From IMG/VR virus record IMGVR_UViG_3300023220_000531, positions 1 to 58,157 of that record: DNA of 58,157 nucleotides, one strand, 5' to 3'. Below the pieces are notes generated by a model. It was not told where the DNA came from. It did not search any database and saw nothing but the letters and a program-made list of their open reading frames with translations. Positions within the stretch are counted from its first letter, which is position 1, and every line of letters starts with the position of its first letter. A program made the position numbers and the translations under genes. The stretch comes from a virus (lineage: Duplodnaviria; Caudoviricetes). Shown here in pieces: positions 24,903 to 33,962 of the stretch.

Positions 24903-25647
24903 AGGTTGGGCTAAAATTGATAGAAGAATTACCGGTCATTGGTTATGGAAAAGCGAACCATTCAGTAAAGCGCAGGCGTGGATAGATTTGATATTAAGCG
25001 CCAATCACACACCGACTAAAATAAACATAAAGGGAACTATCATCCCGTTGTCGATAGGCGATCAAGCAAGATCAGAAATCACATTATCTAAAACCTGGTT
25101 ATGGTCCAGAGGAAAGGTTAGACGGTTCTTAAAGCTACTCGAAAAAGACGGAATGATAATACAACAGGCGGGACACCTGACAAGCGTTATAAGTATTTGT
25201 AATTACACGACTTATCAGGACAGCGCATCAGTCAACGGTACAACTAATAGTACATCTGGCGGTACAACAGGCGGACAACAGGCGGGACACAGTAAAGAAT
25301 TTAAGAATGAAAAGAAAAACAATACTTCGGAAGAAACCGAAGGTGATGTAAAAAATATATGTGACAAGGATGTTGAATTAGCAGAATGGATTTATGACAA
25401 GATTCTTATACGCATCCCTAAAACTAAAAAACCTAATTTTAATAAATGGGCTGACACCGTACGACTAATGAGACAACAAGATAAATTCACTCATCGTGAA
25501 ATAGCTGAGGTTTTCAAATGGGCCAACAACGATGGATTTTGGGGAGGAATTATCCTTAGCCCAACCAACCTAAGAAAACAATTTGCACAATTACACGCCA
25601 AAGCAAACCCAAAACAACCAGAACAAGAAACGGAAAATCTATTATGA
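24895..25647 (+). CDS. Replication initiator (lambda O / DnaD-like)
   Basis: GW.K.DR....HW.W...AWIDL..ANH, HTH region, C-terminal WA..D.FW...ILSP..LRK. Confidence 0.88.
   Translation: MAKGWAKIDRRITGHWLWKSEPFSKAQAWIDLILSANHTPTKINIKGTIIPLSIGDQARSEITLSKTWLWSRGKVRRFLKLLEKDGMIIQQAGHLTSVISICNYTTYQDSASVNGTTNSTSGGTTGGQQAGHSKEFKNEKKNNTSEETEGDVKNICDKDVELAEWIYDKILIRIPKTKKPNFNKWADTVRLMRQQDKFTHREIAEVFKWANNDGFWGGIILSPTNLRKQFAQLHAKANPKQPEQETENLL
25161..25325 (+). repeat. Iteron-like repeats (GGTACAAC / ACAACAGGCGG, about 12-nt period) plus an A-rich tract; probable origin
   Basis: ACAACAGGCGGGACAC at 25161 and 25275; array at 25236-25290 inside the initiator gene, as in lambda ori. Confidence 0.65.
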
Positions 25648-26624
25648 ACATGGTCATACCTCAGTTCGATTATAACGACAAAGAGTTAATTGCTTTTATC
25701 GGCCATCAAGAATCACAAAGGATAAAAACGACCGTTGATTATAGAGATTCAGTGGCCGAAAGATTAAAAAACGGCAGGGTTCTTAGAGGCGATAAATTGC
25801 CATGGGGTAAAACTCATGAGTATATCGCTTTTGCTGAAGGCCAGGTTTCAATATGGGCAGGTATCAACGGGCACAAAAAATCTATGCTGCTGAGTATGGT
25901 TATGATGTGGTTCTCAAGGATTGCACCAGCTGGAATAGCGTCTTTTGAAATGCCAGTTATCGACACCATGGAAAGATTGATATCACAGGCCGCAGGTTGC
26001 AGCCCCGCCAAACAATTCGGACAGGATTGGCTAACATGGGGTGAGAATAAATTATTCTTCTATGACCAGCTAGATACGGTACCCACTGAAAGGGTTTTAG
26101 GTGTTATTTACTACATGGCCACCCAGTGTGGATGCAAGCATGTAATGATCGATTCATTAGCTAAATGCGGAGTATCTGCCAACGACAAAGACGCTGAAAA
26201 AAGATTTATTGAATTGCTTGTGGCCACAGCAAAGGCACTTAAGATTCATATACATTTGGTTGCTCACGTTCGAAAACCCCCACAAGGTGGTGATGAATAC
26301 ATTCCACAAAGGTTTGATATACGTGGAGCTGGTGAGCTTACAGACCTTGTTGATAATGTTCTGGTTGTTTGGGCTGACAAGAAACGAGAAAAGCTAAAGC
26401 GTAAAGAGCTTTCCTCAAATACCCTAACCGACAGCGAAAGAGAATATTTAGACAGCAGGCCTGATCAGCGTTTAGTTGTAAGAAAACAAAGAAATTGGTT
26501 CTGGGAAGATACAGTTGCTCTTTGGTTTGACGATGACTCATTGCAATTTATGGGTGACAACACAAGAGGACCAATGGGTTTCGACATACAACAAATCGAA
26601 GGCGATCTTTACGGTGGACGTTAA
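25644..26624 (+). CDS. DnaB / T7 gp4-type replicative helicase (no primase domain)
   Basis: WAGINGHKKS, ASFEM, MIDSL, HLVAHVRK, DIRGAG..D..DNV and KQR motifs. Confidence 0.88.
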   Translation: MNMVIPQFDYNDKELIAFIGHQESQRIKTTVDYRDSVAERLKNGRVLRGDKLPWGKTHEYIAFAEGQVSIWAGINGHKKSMLLSMVMMWFSRIAPAGIASFEMPVIDTMERLISQAAGCSPAKQFGQDWLTWGENKLFFYDQLDTVPTERVLGVIYYMATQCGCKHVMIDSLAKCGVSANDKDAEKRFIELLVATAKALKIHIHLVAHVRKPPQGGDEYIPQRFDIRGAGELTDLVDNVLVVWADKKREKLKRKELSSNTLTDSEREYLDSRPDQRLVVRKQRNWFWEDTVALWFDDDSLQFMGDNTRGPMGFDIQQIEGDLYGGR

Positions 26625-27117
26625 ATCAATGCAGTCTGCATTTTACCAGCACACATTTCAACGCTATGAGATTGTCGCACCGAATATCTTTCTCGATTGG
26701 CGTTTCAATGAAATGGATATTATTGCCATCCGGAAAAGTGGTTTTATCGATGAGATTGAGATAAAGACAAGCAAAGCGGATTTCAAGGCAGATTTTAAAA
26801 AGACGGTGACTGTTCTTGACGGCTGCCGAGAAGCTGGAGGTTTCAAAATACCAAACAACGTCGAGCGCCTAAAGCATGATTGCCTGGTAGAAGGATTAAA
26901 TTATTGTAACTATTTCTCGTTTCTAATTCCTGTAGAGTTGGTAGACGAAGTAACCATTCCTAATTACGCAGGGCTTTACATTGCCAGAACCGACCGGGAT
27001 GGAATTGTCAGGGTACATGAGGAAAAACCAGCGATACGACTCCATACGCGCAAAGCAAGCGAGAAACAAAAATACCAGATTGGTAGAAAAATGGCTTACA
27101 GGTATTGGCAGAAATGA
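26614..27117 (+). CDS. MmcB-like PD-(D/E)XK nuclease
   Basis: EMD.....SG...EIEIKTSKADFKADFKK, NYFSF..P, YAGLY. Confidence 0.75.
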   Translation: MDVKSMQSAFYQHTFQRYEIVAPNIFLDWRFNEMDIIAIRKSGFIDEIEIKTSKADFKADFKKTVTVLDGCREAGGFKIPNNVERLKHDCLVEGLNYCNYFSFLIPVELVDEVTIPNYAGLYIARTDRDGIVRVHEEKPAIRLHTRKASEKQKYQIGRKMAYRYWQK

Positions 27118-27302
27118 CAACACAAGATATTAAAAATGGTCTTTTCTTCTGCGTAACGATGAAAGACCTTAAATTATATATATCTGCCATGCATAAAATG
27201 AGCAGAGAAAGTGAACTGAATTTTACATTTTCTGAATGGTTTGAAATTGATCAGGCTGTTAAGGAAACCGAAGAAATCCTGATTAACAGGGTTTTACACT
27301 AA
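27114..27302 (+). CDS. Hypothetical protein
   Basis: ATGA coupling. Confidence 0.5.
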   Translation: MTTQDIKNGLFFCVTMKDLKLYISAMHKMSRESELNFTFSEWFEIDQAVKETEEILINRVLH

Positions 27303-27317
27303 CCGCAAGGTGATTTT

Positions 27318-27731
27318 ATGACTAACGAAGAGGGTGGAAAAATGAACGGTGGTCTAAGCGTAGTAGAAATAGCACGACAGGAGCTGGGGGAGGATTTTGA
27401 TTTTAACCAGAATGCCAACCCCGGCGAATTCGAGCCAGAAGAAGGGCTTCACAATATAACCGACGAAGAGTTTAAAGAATACTTTCGTTTGCGTGATGAA
27501 ATACAGGAACAGCGGGACGTATTGAGCGATAGGCTGGCATTAGGCAAGGCGCTGCTTGTTGGTCGAGGTGCTGATTCTCTGGGCTTAAACTCAGCCTATG
27601 GCCGCTGGAAGACCGACGAACATAAACGTAAAAAGTTCGATCAAACCTACATGCGCATTACAAAGTTAATGGGCGTACAGCATCAAGAGGATTTGCCTTT
27701 GTTCGATGAAGAAACTGAAGGCGAAGATTAA
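27318..27731 (+). CDS. GapR/DUF2312-like DNA-binding protein
   Basis: Coiled coil, RG.D...L...Y...K.D...R......Y....LG, then a C-terminal LPLF motif. Confidence 0.5.
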   Translation: MTNEEGGKMNGGLSVVEIARQELGEDFDFNQNANPGEFEPEEGLHNITDEEFKEYFRLRDEIQEQRDVLSDRLALGKALLVGRGADSLGLNSAYGRWKTDEHKRKKFDQTYMRITKLMGVQHQEDLPLFDEETEGED

Positions 27732-27762
27732 TTCATTCTGCCATGGACGGCACCAATAAGAG

Positions 27763-28047
27763 GTGTTTATGAATATTGACCAAGAACCGAAATATGATGC
27801 AATCGACGGTAAAATAGTTAATCGTGCAACCGGTGAGACTATACCAGATGACGAGCCTATTATGATTTTCAGGGCAAAAGATCTTAAATCTATCGGCGCA
27901 ATAAACAATTACAAAACTTCCCTTATGAATACTGACCACAGATCTATTGTTCACAAAAGATTGCTTCAGTTTATCGATTGGCAATATAAAAACCATGGCA
28001 AAGTTATGGAACCAGATTCAGACAAGAGTCTTTTAGATAATGATTGA
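27763..28047 (+). CDS. Hypothetical protein
   Basis: GAGG RBS; IPDDEPIMIFRAKD motif. Confidence 0.7.
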   Translation: MFMNIDQEPKYDAIDGKIVNRATGETIPDDEPIMIFRAKDLKSIGAINNYKTSLMNTDHRSIVHKRLLQFIDWQYKNHGKVMEPDSDKSLLDND

Positions 28048-28168
28048 GCCAACAGAAAGCCAACTAGAAAAATGCGCCTTTTTTGGCTGGTTCTACGAGG
28101 GAGACTGCCTATTTAGACGGGGCCAGTATATTGGCTACTTCACCGAGTCTGGTTTTGTGAAAGAGTAA
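28040..28168 (+). CDS. 42-aa hypothetical protein (not in ORF track)
   Basis: MIEPTESQLEKCAFFGWFYEGDCLFRRGQYIGYFTESGFVKE; overlaps the upstream stop. Confidence 0.45.
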   Translation: MIEPTESQLEKCAFFGWFYEGDCLFRRGQYIGYFTESGFVKE

Positions 28169-28300
28169 CAAAATATTTTACCGATAATGACCGCTAGACC
28201 AAAAACGATAGGGTTTTTTATTACCATTCGTTCACAAACCACATCTTACCAATTCTCTATGTAATACTTGGTGCAAGTTAAATAACTCAGGAATAATAAA

Positions 28301-29557
28301 TTGATTTACGGTTCAGTTTGTAGCGGGATAGAAGCGGCCAGTTGTGCATGGGAGCCATTAGGCTGGAAGGCTGCTTTTTTATCCGATATAGAGAAATTCC
28401 CCCGGGCAGTGCTTAAACATCATTATCCTGAAATCCCGCTACACGGCGACTTTACAACAATAGGCGAAAAAGATTATGGACCAATTGACCTTCTTGTCGG
28501 AGGAACCCCATGTCAAAGCTTCTCAATCGCTGGACTCAGAAATGGGATGGAAGACGACCGCGGTAACTTGGCGATCGAGTATCTTAAATTGGCTGATCGC
28601 AAAAGGCCCAAATGGATGGCTTGGGAAAACGTGCCCGGCGTCTTGTCATCTAACAAAGGAAGGGATTTTGGAGCCTTCCTCGGAGGGTTGGTCGAACTCG
28701 GGTATGGGTTCAGCTACAGAATTCTTGACGCTCAGTTCTTCGGAGTTCCACAAAGGCGTAGACGTGTGTTCGTTGTCGGATATCTTGGAGACTGGCGACC
28801 TGCCGCAGCGGTATTATTTGAGCGCGAAAGCTTGCAAAGGAATCCTAAACCGAGCCGAAAAGAGAGGGAAAATATTACCTCGTTTACTACAGGAAGCTTT
28901 GGAGGCTACAAACCAGGTGTCGGAACTTTAAGGGCCAGAACTGGTGATGTGGGTGGTGGATCTGAAACACTAATCACTGGAACGCTTTTGAATAACGGAA
29001 AGGCCGCTGGTAGCACAACACAACAGTGCCCAGAGAATGGAATGTTCGTCGTTCACGGCACTCAAGACCCTGATGTAAACATTGATCTTGCTCATCCATT
29101 AGGCAGGAATAACGGCGCTGAAAACGCTGTTGCTTTTACCCAGAATTCACGCGATGAAGTTCGATTGATTGGAGGTGATGGCGATATAGCTGGTTCATTG
29201 TCAGCGAATGAGGGGATGAAACAAAGAACTTATGTCGCCGCGTTCAAGGCTGGTCAGGGTTCAAAAGCTGGTGGAATCGGTTTCTCGATCGAGCAGGCAC
29301 CAACATTAACTTCATCGGATAGCGGAACGCAGGCAGCACCAGCACTCCTAAAAAATAATAAGGTTCGGCGCCTAACTCCAATTGAATGCGAAAGACTTCA
29401 AGGATTCCCAGACAATTGGACCAAAATACCCTGGAGAAATAAAACCGTAGCGGATTGTCCAGACGGACCACGATACCGAGCAATAGGAAACTCAATGGCT
29501 GTACCGGTGATGTCCTGGATAGGAAAAAGAATTGATATGGTTGATAAATTATTATGA
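28301..29557 (+). CDS. dcm: C5 DNA cytosine methyltransferase (orphan)
   Basis: Motif I SVCSGIEA, IV GGTPCQSFS, VI WENV, VIII PQRRRRVF, IX RRLTPIECERLQGFPD, X YRAIGNSMAV. Confidence 0.95.
   Translation: MIYGSVCSGIEAASCAWEPLGWKAAFLSDIEKFPRAVLKHHYPEIPLHGDFTTIGEKDYGPIDLLVGGTPCQSFSIAGLRNGMEDDRGNLAIEYLKLADRKRPKWMAWENVPGVLSSNKGRDFGAFLGGLVELGYGFSYRILDAQFFGVPQRRRRVFVVGYLGDWRPAAAVLFERESLQRNPKPSRKERENITSFTTGSFGGYKPGVGTLRARTGDVGGGSETLITGTLLNNGKAAGSTTQQCPENGMFVVHGTQDPDVNIDLAHPLGRNNGAENAVAFTQNSRDEVRLIGGDGDIAGSLSANEGMKQRTYVAAFKAGQGSKAGGIGFSIEQAPTLTSSDSGTQAAPALLKNNKVRRLTPIECERLQGFPDNWTKIPWRNKTVADCPDGPRYRAIGNSMAVPVMSWIGKRIDMVDKLL
28476..28931 (+). CDS. Nested +1-frame gene inside the methylase (putative methylase beta subunit)
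   Basis: 151-aa open frame with ATG; contains SLSDILE..LPQRYYLS.KAC.GIL.RA.KRGK.LP. Confidence 0.65.
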   Translation: MDQLTFLSEEPHVKASQSLDSEMGWKTTAVTWRSSILNWLIAKGPNGWLGKTCPASCHLTKEGILEPSSEGWSNSGMGSATEFLTLSSSEFHKGVDVCSLSDILETGDLPQRYYLSAKACKGILNRAEKRGKILPRLLQEALEATNQVSEL

Positions 29558-29775
29558 TTGACCAAATTCTATTAGGGGCCCTGGGCGCATCAGCCATATT
29601 GCTCATCCAGCATCGAGAAGAAAGTAAGCGTAAATTTGCGCCGATACTCGGATTACTGGCACAACCTTTTTGGCTATACACAACATTCATGCATCAGCAA
29701 TGGGCAATATTTGGATTATCGTTTTTCTATGCCTACGCCTGGTGGACCGGATTTAAACAACATTGGAGAAATTAA
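29554..29775 (+). CDS. 3-TM membrane protein (PnuC/SemiSWEET half-transporter-like)
   Basis: Three TM segments; QPFW.Y.....QW motif. Confidence 0.6.
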   Translation: MIDQILLGALGASAILLIQHREESKRKFAPILGLLAQPFWLYTTFMHQQWAIFGLSFFYAYAWWTGFKQHWRN

Positions 29776-29776
29776 A

Positions 29777-29983
29777 GTGAGTAAGTTAAACCAACTACAC
29801 ATGTTATTTGAGCGAATAGCCAGCCATCAAGACGTTGAGGTTATTCATGCTACAGCGCAATCCGGGATAGAGCTCATACGCGAAATGATGACAAACAACG
29901 ATATTTTATTGGGAGCCATTGAAGAACTTGAATCCATGGCCCTGGATATGCACACTAGTAAGCGAAAGGTTGACGCAGGCTAA
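29777..29983 (+). CDS. Hypothetical protein (GTG 29777)
   Basis: GGAG RBS; C-terminal part of track ORF 29636..29983. Confidence 0.5.
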   Translation: MSKLNQLHMLFERIASHQDVEVIHATAQSGIELIREMMTNNDILLGAIEELESMALDMHTSKRKVDAG

Positions 29984-29998
29984 GTCAGCAATTATATT
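29970..29998 (+). promoter_or_regulatory. sigma70 promoter of the exported-protein moron
   Basis: TTGACG-N17-TATATT. Confidence 0.7.
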
Positions 29999-30046
29999 TA
30001 AGTTCTCTGGAACTTGATTCGATTAACCCAGAAAGGAGTACCAACA

Positions 30047-30424
30047 TTGAAAAAGATTAGAGTGGTAATCACTTGCGGTATTATGGCCGCTGCGCTTAGT
30101 CACTTGCCCGCAATGGCAAATGACATTGATATTGTGACGATGCAAAAGGTTGTGGCAAATGAGTTGATGCTCATTCCTGCTCTAGACCTGAAAATTGTGC
30201 CATCACACGAAACAAACTTTCCTACGATCGACAGCATAGAAATTCTGGTCCAGGCCAGTACCGAAGAGTTTGGCGGTGCTCTTCAGTTTGAATCTAATAT
30301 ATCAGCGGCAACCGATTACAGCGAACCCACAGAGACGATGCTAACCCTCGATACCGAATCTGGTGCAGTCGATACAACCTTTGAACAGCGCGTTGGAACT
30401 GTCCCGTTTCGCTGGCAAAGCTGA
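30047..30424 (+). CDS. Exported acidic protein (Sec signal peptide)
   Basis: AAAGGAG RBS with TTG start; MKKIRVVITCGIMAAALSHLPAMA signal ending in AxA. Confidence 0.7.
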   Translation: MKKIRVVITCGIMAAALSHLPAMANDIDIVTMQKVVANELMLIPALDLKIVPSHETNFPTIDSIEILVQASTEEFGGALQFESNISAATDYSEPTETMLTLDTESGAVDTTFEQRVGTVPFRWQS

Positions 30425-30463
30425 AACTAAAAATGTAGATTAACGTCTTGGCGACGTAATCAG

Positions 30464-30493
30464 AAAAGGCTTCGAATAATTCGAGGCTTTTTT
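30464..30493 (+). terminator. Rho-independent terminator
   Basis: GGCTTCGAA-TAA-TTCGAGGC followed by TTTTTT; the A-run upstream suggests it works in both directions. Confidence 0.85.
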
Positions 30494-30539
30494 CATTCTG
30501 AATTTCCGCTATACTCTTCGCATTGTAATGGAGGTTTGA

Positions 30540-31400
30540 ATGACAGTACCCAATAATGTAGAAGAGACTAGTACAACAACTGGTACAGCAGCAATGGTTC
30601 TTCTTGGCGCGGTATCTGACGCTATAACTTGGTCAGCAGGTTTGGGAGCTTCGCGTAGATCAAATTACAGTATCATTCATCAAACAACAAGTGAATACGA
30701 AAACGGTACTGGATATATTGACGGTTCAGGAGATCTAGTAAGAGAGTTCGTAACAGACAGTTCAAACTCAAATAATATTGTAACTTTAACTACTGGAACT
30801 AAGAATGTATTAATTAGCCCATTAATACCTGGTCAAGTTGCTCCAGCTTACGGTATTAGCGATTTAGGGTTTGCGACTGCAAAGATACTAATGCCCGCCA
30901 ATGTTGTTGGAACATCTACGGTGGCTATTGTAGCGAACCGAATATACTACATACCTTTTGTGGTTATTAGGCCGGTTGCTGTAGACACAATTGGTATTGC
31001 TATAACCACGGGCGCAGGCTCCGCACCCCCTACCAATAAGATTCATTTAGCCCTTTATGATGTGGACCCTAATACAGGTGACCCCGGCTTTAAGCTATTT
31101 GAAAAGACAGACTTAGCACCAAATGCAACAGGACAGATAACAGGAACATTCACAGAGTTTACCCTACAACCGGGTCTATACTTTAGTGCTTTCTGGTGTG
31201 ATACAACCCCCACGGTGAGAGCACAGACTACCGTGGCACCACAGGTGTCAACAAATGCAGGAGATACAACAGCACTTACCATAACTACTTTCCATTTTCG
31301 CCCAGATCAATCTAGTTTATCAAGCCTTCCAACCACAGGTGATGCCAACGATGCAAGCAGCGGATCTTTCCCTCCAATAGTATTTCTAGGCCATTCATAA
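30540..31400 (+). CDS. Fibre-like virion protein
   Basis: N-terminal V.ETSTTTGT..LLGAV...E.G.G...SSNSNN.V....GTK.V domain seen in phage fibres; beta-rich C-terminal domain; GGAGG RBS. Confidence 0.65.
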   Translation: MTVPNNVEETSTTTGTAAMVLLGAVSDAITWSAGLGASRRSNYSIIHQTTSEYENGTGYIDGSGDLVREFVTDSSNSNNIVTLTTGTKNVLISPLIPGQVAPAYGISDLGFATAKILMPANVVGTSTVAIVANRIYYIPFVVIRPVAVDTIGIAITTGAGSAPPTNKIHLALYDVDPNTGDPGFKLFEKTDLAPNATGQITGTFTEFTLQPGLYFSAFWCDTTPTVRAQTTVAPQVSTNAGDTTALTITTFHFRPDQSSLSSLPTTGDANDASSGSFPPIVFLGHS

Positions 31401-31831
31401 TGATTAATTATAACTGCGCACATGACGGGATTAACGAAGAGATTGCTCGCCAAGGTTACAAGAAATTCAGTAGAGATGGGGTGTGGTGGGCAGACGATGA
31501 AGTTGCAGTTCAAGCTATAATTGATAACTTTGATCATGTGGCATACGCAAAGCCGTTAACTAAAACCCGCATAATCAAAGAGGCGAGTAAGCGAGTTGCT
31601 GAAATCTACCCGTTTATAAACCCTGAAAAAGAAGAAGCTATTGGGTTATATGAGTTTGCGATTGATTTGTATTTATCAACTATTCCAGCAGCGAGAGAAG
31701 TGCTATCAGGAAGGCTTTTACAATTTAAAAATATTCACGACAAGGCGCAGGCAGCAATAGCTGTTATTGAAGCTTCAACTGATTGGCAGTTTATTCTAGA
31801 TTACGACGCTGTAACCGGTCCGGGGTGGTAA
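31400..31831 (+). CDS. Putative fibre assembly chaperone
   Basis: Helical, ends YD....GW like Tfa-type chaperones; TAATG coupling. Confidence 0.5.
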   Translation: MINYNCAHDGINEEIARQGYKKFSRDGVWWADDEVAVQAIIDNFDHVAYAKPLTKTRIIKEASKRVAEIYPFINPEKEEAIGLYEFAIDLYLSTIPAAREVLSGRLLQFKNIHDKAQAAIAVIEASTDWQFILDYDAVTGPGW

Positions 31832-32353
31832 ATGGCTACAGGTCAGGGGCGATTCGGTTTAAGGCCGTTCGGTAGCGGTCGTTTTAGTTCTTTAGTTGAG
31901 GATGGCGGTACAGCTGGAGCCACAGGAACACTAGTTCCTACTTCTACCGAAGCCCAAATAGTCAGCGGTGGAAGAACACTAATCCTGACTCTCACGGATG
32001 ATACATGGGTAGCAGCCGGGGCGACATTTAACGCTCAACGACAGAATATTATTGACGGATTAGACAGCGCTCAATCTGAAACATTTGGTTGGAACAACGA
32101 GGTAAGGGATAACGAGGTAGTAACGGCGGTAGTAAGAACGTCTTCTACAGTGGTAACAATCACACTGACAGCATCAGCCAGCTATGATATTACCGCTACA
32201 GAGACAATTACAGCTACAATTCCCAATACAGCGTTAGTTACGGGGACTTCTGATATAATAGCGACACCGACATTCACAGTAACCCCAGCTGTTTTAAATT
32301 TCCCTTTAATAGAAACTCAACGAATAGTGAGACACAGTGGAAGATTCCATTAA
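31832..32353 (+). CDS. Thr-rich beta-sandwich virion protein
   Basis: N-terminal FG..PFG...FSSL motif; Ig-like T/V/A-rich body. Confidence 0.55.
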   Translation: MATGQGRFGLRPFGSGRFSSLVEDGGTAGATGTLVPTSTEAQIVSGGRTLILTLTDDTWVAAGATFNAQRQNIIDGLDSAQSETFGWNNEVRDNEVVTAVVRTSSTVVTITLTASASYDITATETITATIPNTALVTGTSDIIATPTFTVTPAVLNFPLIETQRIVRHSGRFH

Positions 32354-32654
32354 AATAGCCTTAAAACGCGGTATATGGTCTTGCGCCATTCATCAAATAC
32401 GAGTGAGGGCAGATCGGGATAGTGTGCTAATATTGATAGCGGATAAGATGGTTAGCTTCACTACCCCAGCTGCGCATAGAGCTGGCTTTTCTCTTGTAAA
32501 ATTAGCAGGGCGTGCGCTTCCCGGAGAATTTGTTATAATGTCAATCAACGGGTCAGATTTAGATTTGTTGCCTGAACATGCTTTAAAGGTCGGTGGTGCA
32601 TTATTACGCAAAGCCGATGATGTTGATGATTACCAATTGAGGAAAAACCAATGA
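32337..32654 (+). CDS. Hypothetical protein with an internal duplication
   Basis: Two similar halves (P.A.R.G..L.K.A / PE.A.K.G..L.RKA). Confidence 0.55.
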   Translation: MEDSIKIALKRGIWSCAIHQIRVRADRDSVLILIADKMVSFTTPAAHRAGFSLVKLAGRALPGEFVIMSINGSDLDLLPEHALKVGGALLRKADDVDDYQLRKNQ

Positions 32655-33112
32655 TCGGTCGTTTATATACAGTATCCGTCGGCTCACAAGCACAGACAGC
32701 CGCCAAAACACTTATCGAAATCGCGAGCGCAGCTGATTCAGTGACGCTTGTTGAGCGTTTGTGGATTAATCAAACCTCATTCGATACTTCCGAAAACCTG
32801 GGGACAAAAACCCAGCGTATCACTACGACTGGCACCGGGACCGCCACAGTGCCCGAACCATTGCAAGCTGGCGATGCGGCCTTTGGTGGCGTGGTAGAGA
32901 CTAACTCTACAGTAGAACCCACTTATACCGCTGGAACCGAGATTCTTGAGAACGGTTTCAATGTTCTGTCTGGTTATTTATGGACGCCAGCTAATGACGA
33001 TGAAATTATTGCGATTTCTCCTTCGGCCTTGGTAGGGATGAACTTGGACGTAGCCCCCAGCGCGAGCATGAATTTCAGTTATGGTTGTACATTGCGCGAA
33101 ATAGGCGGCTAA
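32651..33112 (+). CDS. Beta-rich structural-like protein
   Basis: GAGG RBS; T/A/S-rich; ends in a typical ..REIG strand. Confidence 0.6.
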   Translation: MIGRLYTVSVGSQAQTAAKTLIEIASAADSVTLVERLWINQTSFDTSENLGTKTQRITTTGTGTATVPEPLQAGDAAFGGVVETNSTVEPTYTAGTEILENGFNVLSGYLWTPANDDEIIAISPSALVGMNLDVAPSASMNFSYGCTLREIGG

Positions 33113-33113
33113 T

Positions 33114-33962
33114 ATGTCCTTTGTCGTCTACAGGGTCGAGAGTAGGCGATTAAAGACCCCGACATCTATACCGTGGGCTGAACAGGCGCCGGCTGTTGCT
33201 GTTCCTTACCCTAGCTATCTGGAAAAGATAGCGATTCGTCGTGATCCATTAAAACGGAACGTTCTGGATGTAGAGCTTAACGTCTTTCCGTCTGCCCCCG
33301 TAGATTCATCCACATTCCTACCTGCTTGGTTCAATCAGAAAGAAAATAGATCTAATTTCGATACACGTCGATTAGATCCGACTCAATTAGATGAATATCC
33401 AGTCTTTGTTGATTCATCGACATTCCTTCCTGCATGGTTGTCTAAAGCTGCCAATCAGGTAGAATTTGATATAAACAAACAAGAAACACCTGAACTGAAT
33501 GAATATCCGGTTACGCCTGTTGACGCATCTGCCTTTATGCCAGCCTGGCTGTTGAAGCCAGCTAACCAATCAAGCTTTGATATAACCAGGCAGGAAGATC
33601 CAGAATTAAATGAATATCCTTTTGATCCTGCATTTTTATCAGGATTCTATCCGGGATCTGCATTAGCAAAAGCCAATAAGGTATGGTTTAGGCGCAAGCA
33701 TCAAGAAGTTCAAGAGTTTAACCTGTGGCCTGCAACGCCACCGACACCAGAGCAGCCACTCACAGCGTTTTTGCTGAAAAAGGCAAACATTTTAGAACCG
33801 CAAATACGTATACTACAATTAATCGAACCGCTATTTGTTGAATCTATTGTGCCACCTGTCATTATCAGGCATTGTCTGGTTAATGGATTATCGATTTTTG
33901 CCGTTGCCAGAGGACCGGTTCAAATTAAACCTGTAGCTTCTGGTGATGTGGAGATATGTTAA
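33114..33962 (+). CDS. Pro-rich protein with about 37-aa tandem repeats
   Basis: VDSSTFLPAW...N...FD.....P.L.EYP three times, plus degenerate copies. Confidence 0.7.
   Translation: MSFVVYRVESRRLKTPTSIPWAEQAPAVAVPYPSYLEKIAIRRDPLKRNVLDVELNVFPSAPVDSSTFLPAWFNQKENRSNFDTRRLDPTQLDEYPVFVDSSTFLPAWLSKAANQVEFDINKQETPELNEYPVTPVDASAFMPAWLLKPANQSSFDITRQEDPELNEYPFDPAFLSGFYPGSALAKANKVWFRRKHQEVQEFNLWPATPPTPEQPLTAFLLKKANILEPQIRILQLIEPLFVESIVPPVIIRHCLVNGLSIFAVARGPVQIKPVASGDVEIC

Noticed and set aside
33290-33630. Repeats as a CRISPR array or DGR template/variable pair
   Set aside because: They are in-frame coding repeats with synonymous divergence, with no spacers, no adenine-specific mismatches and no cas or reverse transcriptase gene
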